A stretch of 54,446 nucleotides of DNA from Leptolyngbyaceae cyanobacterium (GTDB lineage: Bacteria; Cyanobacteriota; Cyanobacteriia; Phormidesmidales; Phormidesmidaceae). Below are positions 1 to 11,341 of the stretch, in pieces. How positions within the stretch are numbered: position 1 is the first letter of the stretch; every line of letters begins with the position of its first letter. The notes below the pieces were generated by a model. That model worked only from the letters and a program-made list of their open reading frames with translations, did no database searches and was not told where the DNA came from. The translations under genes and the position numbers were made by a program. Location: the NCBI GenBank assembly GCA_050331235.1, contig JBHJHA010000031.1, positions 1-54,446 of the forward strand, written 5' to 3'.

Positions 1-73
1 TGCCTCTGCGGGTCGTACCGTTCTTGGAGATGTCGTGGGAGCCGCAGGTGGGGCAGGTCATTTCTATCGCCAT
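1..73 (-). CDS. insA: IS1-family transposase InsA, N-terminal fragment (partial)
   Basis: Manual translation MAIEMTCPTCGSHDISKNGTTRRG matches the InsA zinc ribbon CPxCGS..I.KNG...G(KQ); absent from the ORF track. Confidence 0.8.
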   Translation of the reverse strand, partial: MAIEMTCPTCGSHDISKNGTTRRG

Positions 74-140
74 CGCGGCTAGACCTCTGGAAATAGTAGA
101 TGGGTTTATTTTCCTCTGTCCTTTACCTTAGTGGACTACC
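1..140 (-). mobile_element. Left end of an IS1-family insertion sequence, truncated by the window start
   Basis: The minus strand from 140 begins GGTAGTCCACTAAGG, a GGTA.. start typical of IS1 terminal IRs, followed by an InsA-like ORF running off the window. Confidence 0.7.
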
Positions 141-698
141 AATTTGTGGTGTTTTTTGGTTGTGTGTTTATAAAGGAAGACCCCTTTGGCCGCCGCCGCT
201 GATTCGTCAAGTGGCCCCAGCCAGCGATTATAAAAACACTTCAAAGCGGCTTTACAGCTCAGTACCCGAATGTGAGCACTTGACTTCTCAAACATAAAAA
301 GTGCGTAAATTTGTGGAATTTCTCTTAACAGCGGCAGTGGGGATTTGGTCAAAAATCGCCACTAAATCAACTCTGCCCCAGAGTTGAATCAACCTGGTCC
401 GTATTGCTGCGGGATTAGTGACTCATGGTTTGCGAGGCCGGGGAACGGCATAACCGCGACGCCCCTGCTGGCCTGAGTCCAGTGCCGGCCGAAGCGCTGG
501 TTCCCAGACTGCTTACCGTTGGCGGTGATCACTCGCATGGCTGAGACCGGTGCTTTTTCCATCAGGGCGATCGTGGGACCACAGTCTGTGATAGACCGAT
601 TAAACTAGGGGATGGCTAATATAGGAAGTAACCTTCCCTCTATTACTTACCGCTGGCCTTTGAGCCGCCATCGCAGATACGCATTACAGGCACGTTTT

Positions 699-2615
699 AT
701 GGCAAATCGTTCGCGTCAATCGTCTTCTCTCCGCCGCACTGCTCAAGTAGCGGCTTCGGGCTTGTTGACCACCACTTGGTTTTTGATGCAGAGTTTAGTG
801 GCGCTGCCGCCGGTGCTGGCTCAGGCCGAAGAGGATGAACAGATTTCCTATGGCGAGTTTTTGGAATTAGTGGACACGGGCCAGGTAGAGGAAGTCAATA
901 TCGACCCCGATCGCAACATCGCCCAGGTCAAACTCAAAAGCGACAGCGAAGATGAGCCCCCCCACGAAGTGATTCTGTTTGAGAGTGACGGTCGCAACCC
1001 GGAACTCATTCAACGGCTGCGGCAACAGGATGTGGATGTTGAAGTCCAGCCCGAGGGCAGTGGCAATGCCTTTGCGTGGATTGCCACCAACACCTTGGTG
1101 ATCATGCTGTTGCTGTTTGGTTTGCTATTAATTTTGCGTCGCACGGCGAACAATGCCGGCGGGGCTATGAGCTTTGGTCGCTCCCGCGCCCGCTTTCAAA
1201 TGGAAGCCAAAACCGGCGTTCAGTTTGACGATGTTGCCGGCATTGAAGAGGCCAAGGAAGAACTCCAGGAAGTGGTTTCGTTCCTCAAAAATCCTGAGAA
1301 ATTCACCGCAATTGGCGCCAAAATTCCCCGAGGAGTTTTGCTAGTAGGTCCGCCAGGAACGGGTAAAACGCTGCTAGCCAAGGCGATCGCGGGTGAGGCT
1401 GCAGTGCCGTTTTTCAGCATTTCCGGCTCAGAGTTTGTGGAAATGTTCGTCGGCGTTGGGGCTTCTCGAGTGCGCGATCTGTTTAAGAAAGCGAAAGAAA
1501 ATGCCCCCTGTATTGTCTTTATTGACGAGATTGACGCCGTGGGTCGTCAGCGCGGTACCGGCATCGGCGGTGGCAACGACGAACGCGAACAAACCCTTAA
1601 CCAGTTACTCACAGAGATGGATGGCTTTGAGGGCAACAGCGGCGTAATTGTGATTGCCGCCACCAACCGAGTTGACGTGTTGGATATGGCTTTAATGCGA
1701 CCGGGACGGTTTGACCGTCAGGTAATCGTGGACTTACCGACCTACAATGGTCGTCTGGAAATCCTCAAGGTCCATGCACGCAATAAAAAGATTGCTGAGG
1801 AGGTTGCCATGGAGGCGATCGCCCGGCGTACGCCCGGCTTTTCGGGGGCGGAGCTGGCTAACTTGCTAAATGAAGCGGCAATTTTAACTGCTCGTCGCCG
1901 CAAGGAAGCAATTACCATGCAGGACGTGGAAGATGCGATCGACCGTCTCACCATCGGTCTTAGCCTGACCCCATTGCTAGACAGCAATCGTAAGCGTATG
2001 ACCGCTTACCACGAAGTCGGCCACGCACTCTTGACGACCCTGCTAGAACATGCCGACAAGCTGAATAAAGTTACTATCATTCCCCGTTCAGGCGGGGTTG
2101 AGGGCTTTACCCAATCACTACCGGATGAAGACGTGATTGACAGTGGCCTCTACACTCGGAGCTGGCTGCTGGATCGGATTACCGTGGCGCTAGGAGGTTT
2201 GGCTGCCGAAGCCGAAGTCTATGGTGATTTGGAGGTCAGTACTGGCGCTGGGGGTGACATTAAGCAAGTAACCAATCTCGCAAGGCAGATGGTGACCCTC
2301 TATGGCATGTCTGACCTGGGTCCCGTCGCGTTGGAAAATACCGGCAGCGAAGTCTTCTTGGGGCGCAACATGATGCCTCGGTCGGAATATTCGGAGGAAA
2401 TGGCTGCCAAGATTGATAAGCAAGTGCGTGCGATCGCCCATCACGGATATGAGCGCGCCCGCCGCCTGCTCAGAGAAAACCGTCAACTGATCGATTACCT
2501 GGTAGATCGGCTATTGGAAATTGAAACAATGGACGGCGATGAATTTAGACAAATCGTTAAACGTTACACCGATATTCCAGAAAAGCAGACTTCACCATCA
2601 ACGGCTGCTGTCTAA
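699..2615 (+). CDS. ftsH: ATP-dependent zinc metalloprotease FtsH
   Basis: Two TM segments, Walker A GPPGTGKT, Walker [24 protein letters not shown] zinc motif; ORF open from 612, start 699 preferred but uncertain. Confidence 0.97.
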   Translation: MANRSRQSSSLRRTAQVAASGLLTTTWFLMQSLVALPPVLAQAEEDEQISYGEFLELVDTGQVEEVNIDPDRNIAQVKLKSDSEDEPPHEVILFESDGRNPELIQRLRQQDVDVEVQPEGSGNAFAWIATNTLVIMLLLFGLLLILRRTANNAGGAMSFGRSRARFQMEAKTGVQFDDVAGIEEAKEELQEVVSFLKNPEKFTAIGAKIPRGVLLVGPPGTGKTLLAKAIAGEAAVPFFSISGSEFVEMFVGVGASRVRDLFKKAKENAPCIVFIDEIDAVGRQRGTGIGGGNDEREQTLNQLLTEMDGFEGNSGVIVIAATNRVDVLDMALMRPGRFDRQVIVDLPTYNGRLEILKVHARNKKIAEEVAMEAIARRTPGFSGAELANLLNEAAILTARRRKEAITMQDVEDAIDRLTIGLSLTPLLDSNRKRMTAYHEVGHALLTTLLEHADKLNKVTIIPRSGGVEGFTQSLPDEDVIDSGLYTRSWLLDRITVALGGLAAEAEVYGDLEVSTGAGGDIKQVTNLARQMVTLYGMSDLGPVALENTGSEVFLGRNMMPRSEYSEEMAAKIDKQVRAIAHHGYERARRLLRENRQLIDYLVDRLLEIETMDGDEFRQIVKRYTDIPEKQTSPSTAAV

Positions 2616-2798
2616 ACGGCCACAGCCAACTTGCTAGAGAAGCCAGAAGGCGGCAATAAGCCGCCATAGCAGCAGGCGATTGACAAGTTTGTTGAACTTC
2701 AGCAACAATTTCGCACCCAACGCCTGAGAACCCTTTAGCCTTTAGGTATAAGGGCAGCGGTCTTATGGGCTCGTTCTTGATGGCCTCAGCGAATTTTT

Positions 2799-3470
2799 AT
2801 GCCATTGACAATTTTAGTTGTAGATGACGATGAAGGCACTCGGCTCTCCCTACGGGATTTTTTGGAGCTGCAGGGCTACATCGTGGCAACGGCAGAAGAC
2901 GGCTGGAAAGCTTTAGAACTGATTAACCAATGCCAGCCTCAGCTGGTAATTACAGACATCAGCATGCCGCGGATTGATGGCTTTGCTTTTCTCAAAAGCT
3001 TGAGGGAGCAACCTGCATGGCGGCTACTGCCGGTCATCCTCCTAACTGGGCGAACTGCTACTGAAGAGCGGGTGCAAGGCTACCAAACAGGCTGTGATGT
3101 GTATATAGCCAAACCCTTTGAGCTAGAAGAACTTGGCGCGGTGGTCAAAAACCTGCTCGCGCGATCGCAGCTGATTCAAACGGCTTGGCTGCAATATCAG
3201 CATTTACCCCCGCCGCCTGCTGCTGCTCCGGTCACGCCATCAGTGCAGCTTGAGCCGATTTCTGCTTTAGAAGATATTTCACTGACTGATCGCGAGCAGT
3301 CAGTGCTCGATTTATTATCAGAGGGCATGTCAAATGCCCAAATTGCCGATGCGCTCTTTCTCAGTCCAAGGACGATTGAGAAATATGTTTCCAACCTGTT
3401 GCGCAAAACGGAGACGAGCAACCGGGCAGAGCTAGTGAGATTCGCAATGGATCATCACCTCGTTCAATAG
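2799..3470 (+). CDS. NarL/LuxR-family response regulator (Ycf29-like)
   Basis: REC domain (VVDDD, TDISMP, AKPF) plus LuxR HTH (LTDREQSVL..GMSNAQIA..LSPRTIEKYVS). Confidence 0.92.
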   Translation: MPLTILVVDDDEGTRLSLRDFLELQGYIVATAEDGWKALELINQCQPQLVITDISMPRIDGFAFLKSLREQPAWRLLPVILLTGRTATEERVQGYQTGCDVYIAKPFELEELGAVVKNLLARSQLIQTAWLQYQHLPPPPAAAPVTPSVQLEPISALEDISLTDREQSVLDLLSEGMSNAQIADALFLSPRTIEKYVSNLLRKTETSNRAELVRFAMDHHLVQ

Positions 3471-3593
3471 GACCATCACCTCGGATTTATCCATTAAACC
3501 GCTAACCACAGGACATCATCCACAATAATAGACAGGGTTGCCGTCAAAGTCGCTTTGATTTACGGGGGCGCTCGCTGTCTTTGCTAACGTTCT

Positions 3594-4904
3594 ATGGCTT
3601 ACTACATTGCCCCTCGCTTTCTCGATAAACTCGCGGTTCATATCACCAAAAACTACCTCAATCTAGATGGCGTCAGAGTGCCGTTGCTTTTAGGCGTCCA
3701 TGGCCGCAAAGGCGAAGGCAAAACCTTCCAGTGTGAGCTGGTGTACGAACGCATGGGCATCGAAGTGGTCCATATCTCCGGCGGCGAATTGGAAAGTCCT
3801 GATGCTGGGGATCCGGCGCGGCTGATTCGCCTGCGTTATCGAGAAGCAGCGGAACTCGTGCGGGTGCGGGGGGTAATGGCCGTACTTATGATCAATGATT
3901 TGGATGCCGGGGCGGGGCGCTTTGACGCGATGACTCAGTACACCGTCAACACCCAGTTGGTCAACAACACGTTGATGAACATTGCCGACAACCCGACTAA
4001 CGTCCAGCTTCCCGGCAGCTACGACGATAAGCCTATTCGGCGAGTGCCCATCATTGTCACAGGCAATGACTTTGCCACACTGTATGAGCCGCTAGTGCGC
4101 GACGGCCGCATGGAAAAGTTTTACTGGCAGCCCGACCGTAGCGATCGCATCGGCATCGTATCGGGAATTTTTGCGCCGGATCATTTGGCTCCGTCCAACC
4201 TTGCCACCCTCGTCGATACCTTTCCACAGCAGGCGATTGACTTTTACGGCGCGCTGCGGGCTCGCATTTATGACGAGCAGGTGCGTGAGTTCATTCACTC
4301 CATCGGCATTGAGTCTGTCTCGCGCCGCGTGGTCAACTCTGACCACCCCCTCAGGTTTGCTAAGCCGACCTTTACCCTGGAACATTTGCTTGAGGTCGGC
4401 CAGCAAATGGTGGCTGAGCAGCGTCACCTACAGGAAATGCGCCTGGCCGATCAGTACAACCGAGTCTTACGGGAGCGATCGCATCCGCATTCTGGCCGCT
4501 CCGCCTCAGAGACTCCGTTTTATCGCGCCTACGAAGCTACTACCGCAACGCCACCAACTGAGTCTACGACTTCGCCAAGTACACCACAGCCCCCACCCGA
4601 GCGATCGCCAAAAGCAAGGTCATCGCTATCAGCGACAACCGTCAACCATGTCAAATCTCTTTTAGATCAGGGATACCACATTGGTGTAGAGCATGTTGAC
4701 CAGCGGCGCTTTCGGACCAATGCTTGGCAGAGTTGTACTACTGTAAAGGCAATGGATCCCCAGGGGGCGATCGCCGCTTTAGAGCAATGTCTGACCAACT
4801 TCCCCGACGAATACATCCGACTCATCGGCATTGACACTAGCAACAAGCGACGAATTTTAGAACATGTAATTCAGCGGCCCGCTCCCCACAACGGTCGCTT
4901 GTGA
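3594..4904 (+). CDS. rca: Rubisco activase-like AAA+ protein with C-terminal RbcS-like domain
   Basis: GRKGEGKT Walker A, INDLDAGAGR, TVNTQLVN, PLVRDGRMEKFYW; Pro/Thr linker; SSU-like domain (IGVEHVDQRRFRTNAWQSC..EYIRLIGID). Confidence 0.93.
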   Translation: MAYYIAPRFLDKLAVHITKNYLNLDGVRVPLLLGVHGRKGEGKTFQCELVYERMGIEVVHISGGELESPDAGDPARLIRLRYREAAELVRVRGVMAVLMINDLDAGAGRFDAMTQYTVNTQLVNNTLMNIADNPTNVQLPGSYDDKPIRRVPIIVTGNDFATLYEPLVRDGRMEKFYWQPDRSDRIGIVSGIFAPDHLAPSNLATLVDTFPQQAIDFYGALRARIYDEQVREFIHSIGIESVSRRVVNSDHPLRFAKPTFTLEHLLEVGQQMVAEQRHLQEMRLADQYNRVLRERSHPHSGRSASETPFYRAYEATTATPPTESTTSPSTPQPPPERSPKARSSLSATTVNHVKSLLDQGYHIGVEHVDQRRFRTNAWQSCTTVKAMDPQGAIAALEQCLTNFPDEYIRLIGIDTSNKRRILEHVIQRPAPHNGRL

Positions 4905-5149
4905 TCAACCAGGTCGAGGGCCTCAACATGACCACCACCGCCACCTGTGCCTAGCATATAGTCAGCGGTACCCGACTAAATTTGTCGACGAATTTGTGGA
5001 CAATATCACCAGCTGTCAAAAAAGACGGTAGCCTATTGAAATAGGCAAATTTACTAAGCGTTCCCTTTGCCAAGGCAAATGACCGGCGAAGCAGCGTCGT
5101 GACAATAATTTGTCTCTGAATTTTTGTTTAGCCCTTCTGGACGTGACGC

Positions 5150-6067
5150 GTGCCCAAGGTCGGGATTATTTTCAACGATATGAAGCCAGCAGCCTTCGAA
5201 GCTGCGCAGATTTGGCGAGATAAACTCATGGCCCAAGGCTGTGAAGTCCATACAGCAAATGGATTGGGGGGCCTGCTTGGCTATTCCAGTCCTGATCGGC
5301 CAATTTGTCACACACCCATTGACAGTCTAGTGCCGCCAAACTTTGACGAAAACATGGCCTTTGCCGTAGTTTTGGGCGGTGACGGTACGGTATTGTCGGC
5401 CTTTCGTCAGGTGGCACCAGCAGGGATTCCTTTGCTGACGGTCAACACCGGGCATATGGGGTTCTTGACGGAAACCTATCTTAACCAATTGCCCAAGGTG
5501 ATGTCCCAGGTACTCGCAGGCGACTATCGAATCGAAGAGCGCTCAATGATTGTCGTCAAGGTTTGTCGTGGCGATCGCGCCACCTGGGAAGTGCTGTGTC
5601 TCAATGAAATGGTGCTCCACCGAGAACCACTCACCAGTATGTGCCATTTTGAGGTCTCCGTAGGTAACCATGCCCCTGTGGACATTGCGGCGGATGGCAT
5701 CATCATTTCTACTCCCACGGGCTCAACCGCCTATTCCCTGTCGGCCGGTGGCCCCGTGATTACACCTGGCGTGTCGGTGACACAGTTGATTCCGATTTGT
5801 CCCCACTCACTGGCCTCCCGGGGGATTGTGTTTCCTGACTCAGAGCCGGTCAAGATTACCGCTGCCAATACCGATCCACTGGTAATGGTGGTTGATGGCA
5901 ATGCGGGGGCCTATGTCATGCCTGAGGAATGGGTTGCTACAGAACCCTCTCCTTACCCAGCTAAGTTTATTCGCTTGGGGTCACCCGAATTTTTTAGAGT
6001 ATTGCGTGAAAAGCTCGGCTGGGGGCTGCCTCACATCGCAAAACCTACGTCGGTTGAACTGCCATAG
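5150..6067 (+). CDS. nadK: NAD+ kinase
   Basis: GGDGT, NE and [18 protein letters not shown] motifs. Confidence 0.96.
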   Translation: MPKVGIIFNDMKPAAFEAAQIWRDKLMAQGCEVHTANGLGGLLGYSSPDRPICHTPIDSLVPPNFDENMAFAVVLGGDGTVLSAFRQVAPAGIPLLTVNTGHMGFLTETYLNQLPKVMSQVLAGDYRIEERSMIVVKVCRGDRATWEVLCLNEMVLHREPLTSMCHFEVSVGNHAPVDIAADGIIISTPTGSTAYSLSAGGPVITPGVSVTQLIPICPHSLASRGIVFPDSEPVKITAANTDPLVMVVDGNAGAYVMPEEWVATEPSPYPAKFIRLGSPEFFRVLREKLGWGLPHIAKPTSVELP

Positions 6068-6416
6068 CGATCGCCCTTCAATAACTGAAAGGGGGTTTCT
6101 GATTCATCCGATGACGCCTTGCATCCTAACTCGCCCGCAGCGATGGCATAGCGGCGGATTGCGCTTAGCAAAGCATCGGATATCGCACGGTTCAAGGGCC
6201 ATGGAATCCCCCTAAAGACGGCGATTCGGCGGCTAAAAACGGCCCAACCTAACGACGGCTCGCTGTAGCAGTACCGATAGATGCCATAATGTCCCCACTC
6301 GAGCAGCCATGCCCTAAAATTTTTAGTGTCTGACCGGCGAGCTTGACTGGCTGCAACCGAGGGGAGAAACCGAGGTTGAACGGTTCGTTACCGACCTGCG
6401 TTGAGGCTCTGAGAGT

Positions 6417-7112
6417 ATGGACAGTAGCACTACCGATAAGGTCCCTGAGGTTTTGCTGATCTGCTCAAATACAGATTTGCAAAGCCGGATTAGTCATGAC
6501 CTCGAAGAGTCCGGCTATCAGGTGACAACAGCAACCTCGGGGGCACAAGGGGTTGAGCAAGCTCAGCGATCGCAACCAGCACTCATCATTGTCGATCGCC
6601 TCCTCGGCAACGAATCTGGCCTCAAAGCCTGTCAGATGCTTCGAGGCGCCCAACTCTGTATGCCAGTACTGCTGTTAATGGCCCGCGATGCTTTAGACGA
6701 TCGCATTGCCTGCTTAGAGGCTGGAGCTGATGATTACAGCCTTAAGCCCTATCAAACGGAAGCATTTCTCAATATCGTGCAAATCTATTTACAGCCTGGA
6801 GAAACCTCCTCAGAGCAGTTGAAATTTGGTGACCTAACGTTAGACCTAGGCTCTCGAAGAGCCCTACGCGACGGTCGCGAAATTGATTTGACGGTAAAAG
6901 AGTTTGAACTGCTGCGCTACTTGATGGAACATCCCCGAGAGGTGTTGGCTCGCGAGCAGATTCTCGAAAACGTCTGGGGTTATGACTTTATGGGAGAGTC
7001 AAACGTGATTGAAGTGTATGTCCGCTATCTCCGGCTCAAAATTGATAAAGATCACGAAAAACGGTTGATCCAAACAGTACGCGGTGTCGGCTACGTTCTC
7101 AGGGAGAATTAA
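6417..7112 (+). CDS. nblR: OmpR-family response regulator NblR
   Basis: Atypical REC domain (LLLMARDALDDRIACLEAGADDY), wHTH ending ESNVIEVYVRYLRLK..IQTVRGVGY; follows nadK as is common in cyanobacteria. Confidence 0.85.
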   Translation: MDSSTTDKVPEVLLICSNTDLQSRISHDLEESGYQVTTATSGAQGVEQAQRSQPALIIVDRLLGNESGLKACQMLRGAQLCMPVLLLMARDALDDRIACLEAGADDYSLKPYQTEAFLNIVQIYLQPGETSSEQLKFGDLTLDLGSRRALRDGREIDLTVKEFELLRYLMEHPREVLAREQILENVWGYDFMGESNVIEVYVRYLRLKIDKDHEKRLIQTVRGVGYVLREN

Positions 7113-7373
7113 GCGTCGTCATATGACCTGGAGAGGGGGAGACATAGCCTTTCGTCGCGAATCGCGCTTTAGATTTTCACCTTTGCAGCCGCGACTCAGC
7201 GGATCAAGCTTTTGACTGAGCGAAAAACTGGATTAGACAGGGGAGATGCAATGCCGCGAGCGAAGGTGCAAATCATCTCAAGGGGACTGTGGTCTCCGCG
7301 ATCCTCCCCCCACAACCAGAGTTCCCGCCCCTTTGATGTAGCGCATATTGAGTTTTATCTAGCTGCTGGAGAA

Positions 7374-8255
7374 ATGACTTTGCCAACTGAAACTCCTCTC
7401 TCTTCGACCTTGACGCCCCCTCAGCCCGCCCGCACTTGGCAAGGGCGCGCTACGTTAACTTTTTGTCGTCGGGGCGATCGCACTGTGCCGCAGATCCAAA
7501 CCCAGGCCCCATTAAAAGTCCAGCGCCCATTTTATCCAGAAGGGCCTAACATCTGCCAGTCTGTGCTGTTGCATACCGCTGGGGGCATGGTTGGCGGTGA
7601 TTGCCTGTCTTACGATCTGTGTTTAGCCCCCCAAACCCATGCTGTGATCACCACAGCAGCAGCGGCCAAGATTTACAGCGACCACCCGCAACCGGCACAA
7701 GTGAGTGGCAAGATACGCATCGATACCGCCGCTTGCTTGGAGTGGGTCCCCCAAGAGGTGATCGTGTTTGAAGGGGCGCAATATCATCAAACCTGGCAGG
7801 TTGAGCTAGCAGAGCAGGCTTACTGGCTTGGATGGGATATTGTACGCCTAGGCCGAACTGCCCGAGGAGAGAAGTTTTGTCGTGGGGCAGTGCGATCGCG
7901 CTTTGAGGTTTGGCAGAATGGTCAACTGGTCTGGGTTGACCCGCAGCAGCTGATTGGCAGCGCCGCCCTGTGGCAAAGCCCCAGCGCACTCAATCAAACC
8001 CCCGTACTGGCGACTCTCGTCTGGATCGGTAAGCAGCCGACTCGAGAATTAGTTCAGACGCTGCGAAATACCTGGGATACGTTGGTCAACCCCAGCGGAG
8101 AGATGGGCATTACTCGTCTGCAAACAGGGCTGCTCTGTCGATATCGAGGACACTCCACCACTGCTGCCCGGCGCTGGTTTACTCGGGTATGGCAACATCT
8201 GCGACCACTCTATGCGTCTCCACTCTTAGCTCCCCCTCGCGTCTGGCCTCTGTAA
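7374..8255 (+). CDS. ureD: Urease accessory protein UreD
   Basis: APLKVQRPFYPEG, LHTAGGMVGGD, TTAAAAKIY, LEWVPQE, ends PRVW; ATG 7374 preceded by GGAGA (ORF open from 7212). Confidence 0.93.
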   Translation: MTLPTETPLSSTLTPPQPARTWQGRATLTFCRRGDRTVPQIQTQAPLKVQRPFYPEGPNICQSVLLHTAGGMVGGDCLSYDLCLAPQTHAVITTAAAAKIYSDHPQPAQVSGKIRIDTAACLEWVPQEVIVFEGAQYHQTWQVELAEQAYWLGWDIVRLGRTARGEKFCRGAVRSRFEVWQNGQLVWVDPQQLIGSAALWQSPSALNQTPVLATLVWIGKQPTRELVQTLRNTWDTLVNPSGEMGITRLQTGLLCRYRGHSTTAARRWFTRVWQHLRPLYASPLLAPPRVWPL

Positions 8256-8623
8256 CCCCTCGTCGTAAGGCTTGAGCAACTCCACCATAGAATGCGTCAG
8301 AGCAGCATCGGACTGGAACGTGAGAGAGGGAGGAACACGACGTTGTCTTGATAAATTAAATTTGCCCGACTTCCATAGAATGTCTCCGTCGCCGATTGCC
8401 CGGATCTGATTTTCGACTTGGGCCAGTTCCCGTAGTAAATCACGGCCCCTGTAGCGAACTACAGTCAGACTTGGATATTTGCAATCGCTAGATAGCCGTT
8501 GGTCGGGATCTTCTCCATCCTCTAGCCCTAAACCTTTTTATTCGGTACTGTCAGACGTAGATTGGGAGACTTTATATGGTTTATCAATCACCTCTACCCA
8601 ATCAGTAGAGAGGACAATGTCGG

Positions 8624-9541
8624 TCAGTTTCGGTGATTATTATTATGGTGAATCCGTGCTCCAGCCCACTGGAGTTTGCTTCGTAATGTTCGGTAATAGG
8701 AGTAGCGTTTAGCCAAAATAATAAAGTGTGCTAAGCAAGGAGCCATGCGGATGTCAACTCGCTGGCCCGGCCAGATAGAGGTGGCCAACACCCCATCCAT
8801 CCACAATTTAGTGCTGTGGTCTACGTCGGCTAAAGGCCAAACGCTGACGACGCAGCCAGGGGGTAAGATGATGGGGCGGCTGGATAAGCTTAGGGGACAG
8901 ATTGGCGTCACTATCAGTGCATCCATTCCTGGATGCACAATCGGTCCATTAGCAGCAACGGTGTAGCCAGTTGACCCCGTTGGCGTACTAATTAGCAGCC
9001 CATCCCCTTGGTACTGATCGACGACTTCACCATCAATTTCCATCTCCAAAATGGAAGTAATCATTCGGCTCGATGAAGCTGGCTTAACGCACATTTCATT
9101 CAGAGCCAAGTAAGTGTCACTAACAGGCTCCATAGTCGTCCGAGGGCCTTCAAAGGCTTGAGCTTGCACCATCATGCGACGTTGTACAGCAAAGCGATCG
9201 CTCAACAAGCGCTCCCAGATATCGGGAAATTCAGTTTCCTCCGGAGACTCTGTAAGAAACCCAAGATGACCGCCAATATTCATAGCCAGGATAGGAACGT
9301 TATCAGCCGATAAATTCCGAGCTGCTGCCAGGGCGGTGCCATCTCCCCCTAAAACGATGGCTAAGTCAATCTTTTTCTCAGCCGACTCTAAAAAAACTGG
9401 ATAAGGATTATCCTTGGGACCGCTGGGGCCAACCAAAGTTTTACAGCCTAAGTCCGTAAGTTGCTTAGAGCAAAGCTCAGCCCGGCTTTTGCTGAACTGA
9501 TTGCCGGCTTTATAAGCAATAATGACCTGATTTAGCTCCAC
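8624..9541 (-). CDS. nadK: NAD+ kinase (second paralog)
   Basis: [24 protein letters not shown] motifs; directly downstream of ndhE. Confidence 0.95.
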   Translation of the reverse strand: MELNQVIIAYKAGNQFSKSRAELCSKQLTDLGCKTLVGPSGPKDNPYPVFLESAEKKIDLAIVLGGDGTALAAARNLSADNVPILAMNIGGHLGFLTESPEETEFPDIWERLLSDRFAVQRRMMVQAQAFEGPRTTMEPVSDTYLALNEMCVKPASSSRMITSILEMEIDGEVVDQYQGDGLLISTPTGSTGYTVAANGPIVHPGMDALIVTPICPLSLSSRPIILPPGCVVSVWPLADVDHSTKLWMDGVLATSIWPGQRVDIRMAPCLAHFIILAKRYSYYRTLRSKLQWAGARIHHNNNHRN

Positions 9542-9612
9542 AACGGGGCGATCGCTCCAAATGAGTTCCCTCTCATTTTAAGGATGCCGCCCCCGTTTGC
9601 ACGGGTTTATCG

Positions 9613-9921
9613 TTACCACTTCAATAAGTTAAATTCTTCCATATCGACGGTGTCGCGGTTACGATAAATCGCCAACACAATAGCCAGACCCACGGCCGCT
9701 TCCGCCGCCGCAATGGAAATAACAAACACCGCGAAGACCTGCCCTGTCGCAGTTGCAGGATCGAGATAATTTGAAAAGGCCATTAAATTCAAATTGACCG
9801 CATTGAGCAAGAGCTCAATGGACATCAACACTCGAATCACATTGCGACTGGTGACCAAACCATAGATGCCAATGCAAAACAGCGCTGCTGCCAGTAGCAA
9901 ATAAAACTGTAGTGGAATCAT
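9613..9921 (-). CDS. ndhE: NDH-1 subunit E (NuoK)
   Basis: [25 protein letters not shown], ends NLLKW. Confidence 0.97.
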   Translation of the reverse strand: MIPLQFYLLLAAALFCIGIYGLVTSRNVIRVLMSIELLLNAVNLNLMAFSNYLDPATATGQVFAVFVISIAAAEAAVGLAIVLAIYRNRDTVDMEEFNLLKW

Positions 9922-10001
9922 CTATATGGGGTCCTTTTGTTCAACTGCTAAAAGTTCACAAACCATCGTATGGACATTAGCTGCCACAGAGCCGTTATCG
10001 A

Positions 10002-10619
10002 TTAATTATTTCCACTATCCGCCTCGCGGCCAGCGGGCACCAATTCTCGCGGACGCTCTGGCAAAGTTAAAGCATCCGAAACAGCTGCCTCTGGCTTATC
10101 GTCAGGAATAAATTCGCGACGAGCAAGGATAATAGCTCCAACCAAAGCCATCAGCAATAGCACCGAAGCCAATTCAAACGGCAACAAAAAGTCGGAGAAA
10201 AAATGCTGGCCAATCAACACTGTGGCACCATCTCCAATCGGCGTTGCCGTTGAGATTTGCCAAGATGTGCCCAAAATCATAGTAGAGAGCAGCCCAAATA
10301 GCCCGAGACAGACGCCTGCCGTAGCTATCAACCGGATCCAGCCACGGCGAATGGGAGAAAAGTCCTGTTTTTTATTCACTAGCATAATCCCGAATAAAAT
10401 CAGGACGTTGACAGCGCCAACGTAGATCAGGACTTGCGCCGCAGCCACAAAACCAGCGTTGAGCAGCACATAAAGTCCCGAAATGCTAAGAAAAACACCT
10501 CCCAGCAAAAACGCTGAGTAAACAATGTTTGACAGGAGAACGACTCCTAGCGCAGTCCCGATTACGAGAGTGGCTAATAAGCCAAAAGATACGATTTGAG
10601 CGCCTTCAGCGAGTGTCAC
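10002..10619 (-). CDS. ndhG: NDH-1 subunit G (NuoJ)
   Basis: AQVLIYVGAVNVLILF, LPFELASVLLL. Confidence 0.97.
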   Translation of the reverse strand: MTLAEGAQIVSFGLLATLVIGTALGVVLLSNIVYSAFLLGGVFLSISGLYVLLNAGFVAAAQVLIYVGAVNVLILFGIMLVNKKQDFSPIRRGWIRLIATAGVCLGLFGLLSTMILGTSWQISTATPIGDGATVLIGQHFFSDFLLPFELASVLLLMALVGAIILARREFIPDDKPEAAVSDALTLPERPRELVPAGREADSGNN

Positions 10620-10681
10620 TTTGTGACTCCATATGAACAGTAGTAACGAGTATCCATCGAGGATACCTGAGTGGAAATGGC

Positions 10682-11287
10682 TTAGTCTTCAGAATTGTTC
10701 TGCGCCGACTGCGCTTCCTCTAAGATCTCCTGAGGAAGCTTACCGGCCCGGCGCGAACCTGCTGGCAAATCATGGGGATCGCTTACGCCTTTAGGTAAGT
10801 AAGCAAACTCGCGTAACGGAGTCACCATCGGATCTTGGGTAACTTTATACGGTAAGCGCCCCATTGCCACGTTGTCATAGTTCAATTCATGGCGATCATA
10901 GGCAGCCATCTCATATTCTTCGGTCATCGATAGGCAGTTAGTTGGGCAGTATTCCACGCAGTTGCCGCAGAAAATGCAGACGCCAAAGTCAATACTGTAG
11001 TGATTGAGGGTTTTCTTTTTAGTCTCTTTGTTAAACTCCCAATCGACCACAGGAAGATTGATCGGGCAGACTCTGACACATACCTCGCAGGAAATGCACT
11101 TGTCAAACTCGAAGTGAATGCGTCCACGATATCGCTCTGAAGGAATAATCTTTTCGTAAGGATATTGCACCGTCACGGGACGACGACGCATGTGGTCAAA
11201 CGTCACTGATAAACCCTGACCAATGTATTTGGCGGCTTGTACGCTCTCTTTGGCGTAGTCGCCGACTTGCTTCAGAAAATTCAGCAT
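10682..11287 (-). CDS. ndhI: NDH-1 subunit I (two 4Fe-4S clusters)
   Basis: Two CxxCxxCxxxCP motifs; TVQYPYEK. Confidence 0.98.
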   Translation of the reverse strand: MLNFLKQVGDYAKESVQAAKYIGQGLSVTFDHMRRRPVTVQYPYEKIIPSERYRGRIHFEFDKCISCEVCVRVCPINLPVVDWEFNKETKKKTLNHYSIDFGVCIFCGNCVEYCPTNCLSMTEEYEMAAYDRHELNYDNVAMGRLPYKVTQDPMVTPLREFAYLPKGVSDPHDLPAGSRRAGKLPQEILEEAQSAQNNSED

Positions 11288-11341
11288 GATGGGTGTTTAG
11301 GGTCGATTACGACAGACGGGAACGAATCACGCTCCTATACC

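Noticed and set aside
100..352. Short ORFs 100-297 (+) and 128-352 (-)
   Set aside because: They straddle the inferred IS boundary and have no recognisable features
8449..8464. CTGTAGCGAACTACAG palindrome as an NtcA site
   Set aside because: Spacing is GTA-N6-TAC rather than N8, and it lies between convergent genes
8226..8540. About 100-codon stop-free minus-strand frame downstream of the second nadK
   Set aside because: No start codon near its 5' end and no recognisable family
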